Below are positions 63,028 to 64,000 of a stretch of 64,000 nucleotides of DNA, piece by piece. Positions within the stretch are counted from its first letter, which is position 1; each line of letters starts with the position of its first letter. The DNA lies in NCBI GenBank assembly GCA_963828735.1, contig CAWHFW010000005.1, forward strand, positions 256,001 through 320,000, read 5' to 3'. Under the pieces are notes generated by a model. It saw nothing but the letters and a program-made list of their open reading frames with translations. It did no database searches and was not told the origin of the DNA. The stretch comes from an uncultured Gemmatimonadales bacterium (GTDB taxonomy: Bacteria; Gemmatimonadota; Gemmatimonadetes; Gemmatimonadales; GWC2-71-9). The position numbers were made by a program, and so were the translations under genes.

Positions 63028-64000
63028 TCATGTCGCGCGCGCCTCCTCCGGGGTCGATGCGGCTACCTGTGGGTCCCTGGGAACCTGCAACATGAGAACG
63101 GCAGCGACGGTGACGATGCCGCCGGCCACGAAGAACGGCCAGTCGTGCCCGAGTCGCTGGTAGATGGTCGTGGCCGCCAGCGGCGCGACCACACGAGCGA
63201 GCCCGGCGAACGTCTGGGCGACGCCCATCGTCGTCCCCAGCTCGCTCGCGTCCGAGTAGCGGGACATGAGCGAGGTCGTCGCCGGGAACAGCAGCGCCGT
63301 GCCAATCGGAACCAGGGGGATGACGGCCGCCAGGGGCCAGAGACTCTCTGGAATAGGATACAGCCACAGGCCCACGGCGAGAAGCAGAGCCCCCAATCGC
63401 ATGGTCCAGCGCTCCCCGAGCCGGTCCACGATGGGGCCAAGGAGGAGGCTCCGCATGACAAGGGACAGGACCCCCACATAGGCGAAGATCCACCCGATCG
63501 TCTTCTCCGTCAGGCCGAACTCCGCCGCGAGATAGAGCGCCAGCACCGAGGTCATCGCCGAGAAAGCCACCATCCCGATCCCGTAGATCCAGATCAGGCG
63601 CGAGACCAGGTTGCCCGGGTGGCGCACCACGAGCCACGCCGGGTGCCAGATGGGTCGGCGCGGGCCCTCCTTCCGAGCCGTGGCCGGCCGCGATTCCGCG
63701 AGCCACCGCCACGCAAAGGCCACGTTGATGAGACACAGCGCGGACGCGACGAGGCCCGGCGCCGCCGGCCCCAGGTTGAACGCGAACGAGCCGATCGCCG
63801 GCCCGAGAATGACGCCCGCTGCCGTCGCCGATGAAAGCCAGCCCAGTGCTCGCGCCCGGTCCTTGGGCTCGACGGTGTCCGCCACATACGCCTGGGCCAC
63901 GCCGGTCGTGCCACCACCGGCGCCCTGCACGATGCGTGAGATGAACAGCAGCCACACCGCGTCGGCGACGCTGAACACCGCGAACGCGATCGCCGACGCG
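63028..64000 (-). CDS. MFS transporter, TetA/DHA1-like (5'-truncated)
   Basis: SRIVQGAGGGT, AYVADT...RARALG, GPAIGS motifs. Confidence 0.88.
   Translation of the reverse strand, partial: ASAIAFAVFSVADAVWLLFISRIVQGAGGGTTGVAQAYVADTVEPKDRARALGWLSSATAAGVILGPAIGSFAFNLGPAAPGLVASALCLINVAFAWRWLAESRPATARKEGPRRPIWHPAWLVVRHPGNLVSRLIWIYGIGMVAFSAMTSVLALYLAAEFGLTEKTIGWIFAYVGVLSLVMRSLLLGPIVDRLGERWTMRLGALLLAVGLWLYPIPESLWPLAAVIPLVPIGTALLFPATTSLMSRYSDASELGTTMGVAQTFAGLARVVAPLAATTIYQRLGHDWPFFVAGGIVTVAAVLMLQVPRDPQVAASTPEEARAT

Overview
High-GC (about 70% by eye) bacterial chromosome segment. Gene content and style suggest Gemmatimonadota (inference). It holds a complete alternative complex III operon (actABCDEF), pilT/trmJ, dinB and a membrane Ser/Thr kinase. 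A 17 kb nitrogen/amino-acid block carries glnA, ilvD, leuA-ilvBNC-leuCDB and gltB. After it come TetR-acyl-CoA dehydrogenase-queF, gltA-acs, speA, peptidases, queCE, a GGDEF-CGNR-pseudokinase/kinase module, csp, infA, pepF, DUF2339 and an MFS transporter. I saw no rRNA, tRNA, CRISPR array or transposase. The most interesting signals are not in the ORF track. (1) Two back-to-back attenuators share one divergent promoter region: a classical Leu/Val/Ile leader peptide before leuA, and an apparently unfamiliar leaderless uORF with 1:2/2:3/3:4 RNA helices before gltB. (2) The glnA leader has two mutually exclusive folds. (3) Five genes have conserved N-termini upstream of any ATG/GTG/TTG and appear to start at CTG or ATC. 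(4) Several apparent pseudo-enzymes are present, along with an IlvN lacking valine-binding residues and an AT-rich insert between leuC and leuD. All calls are by eye; no searches were run.
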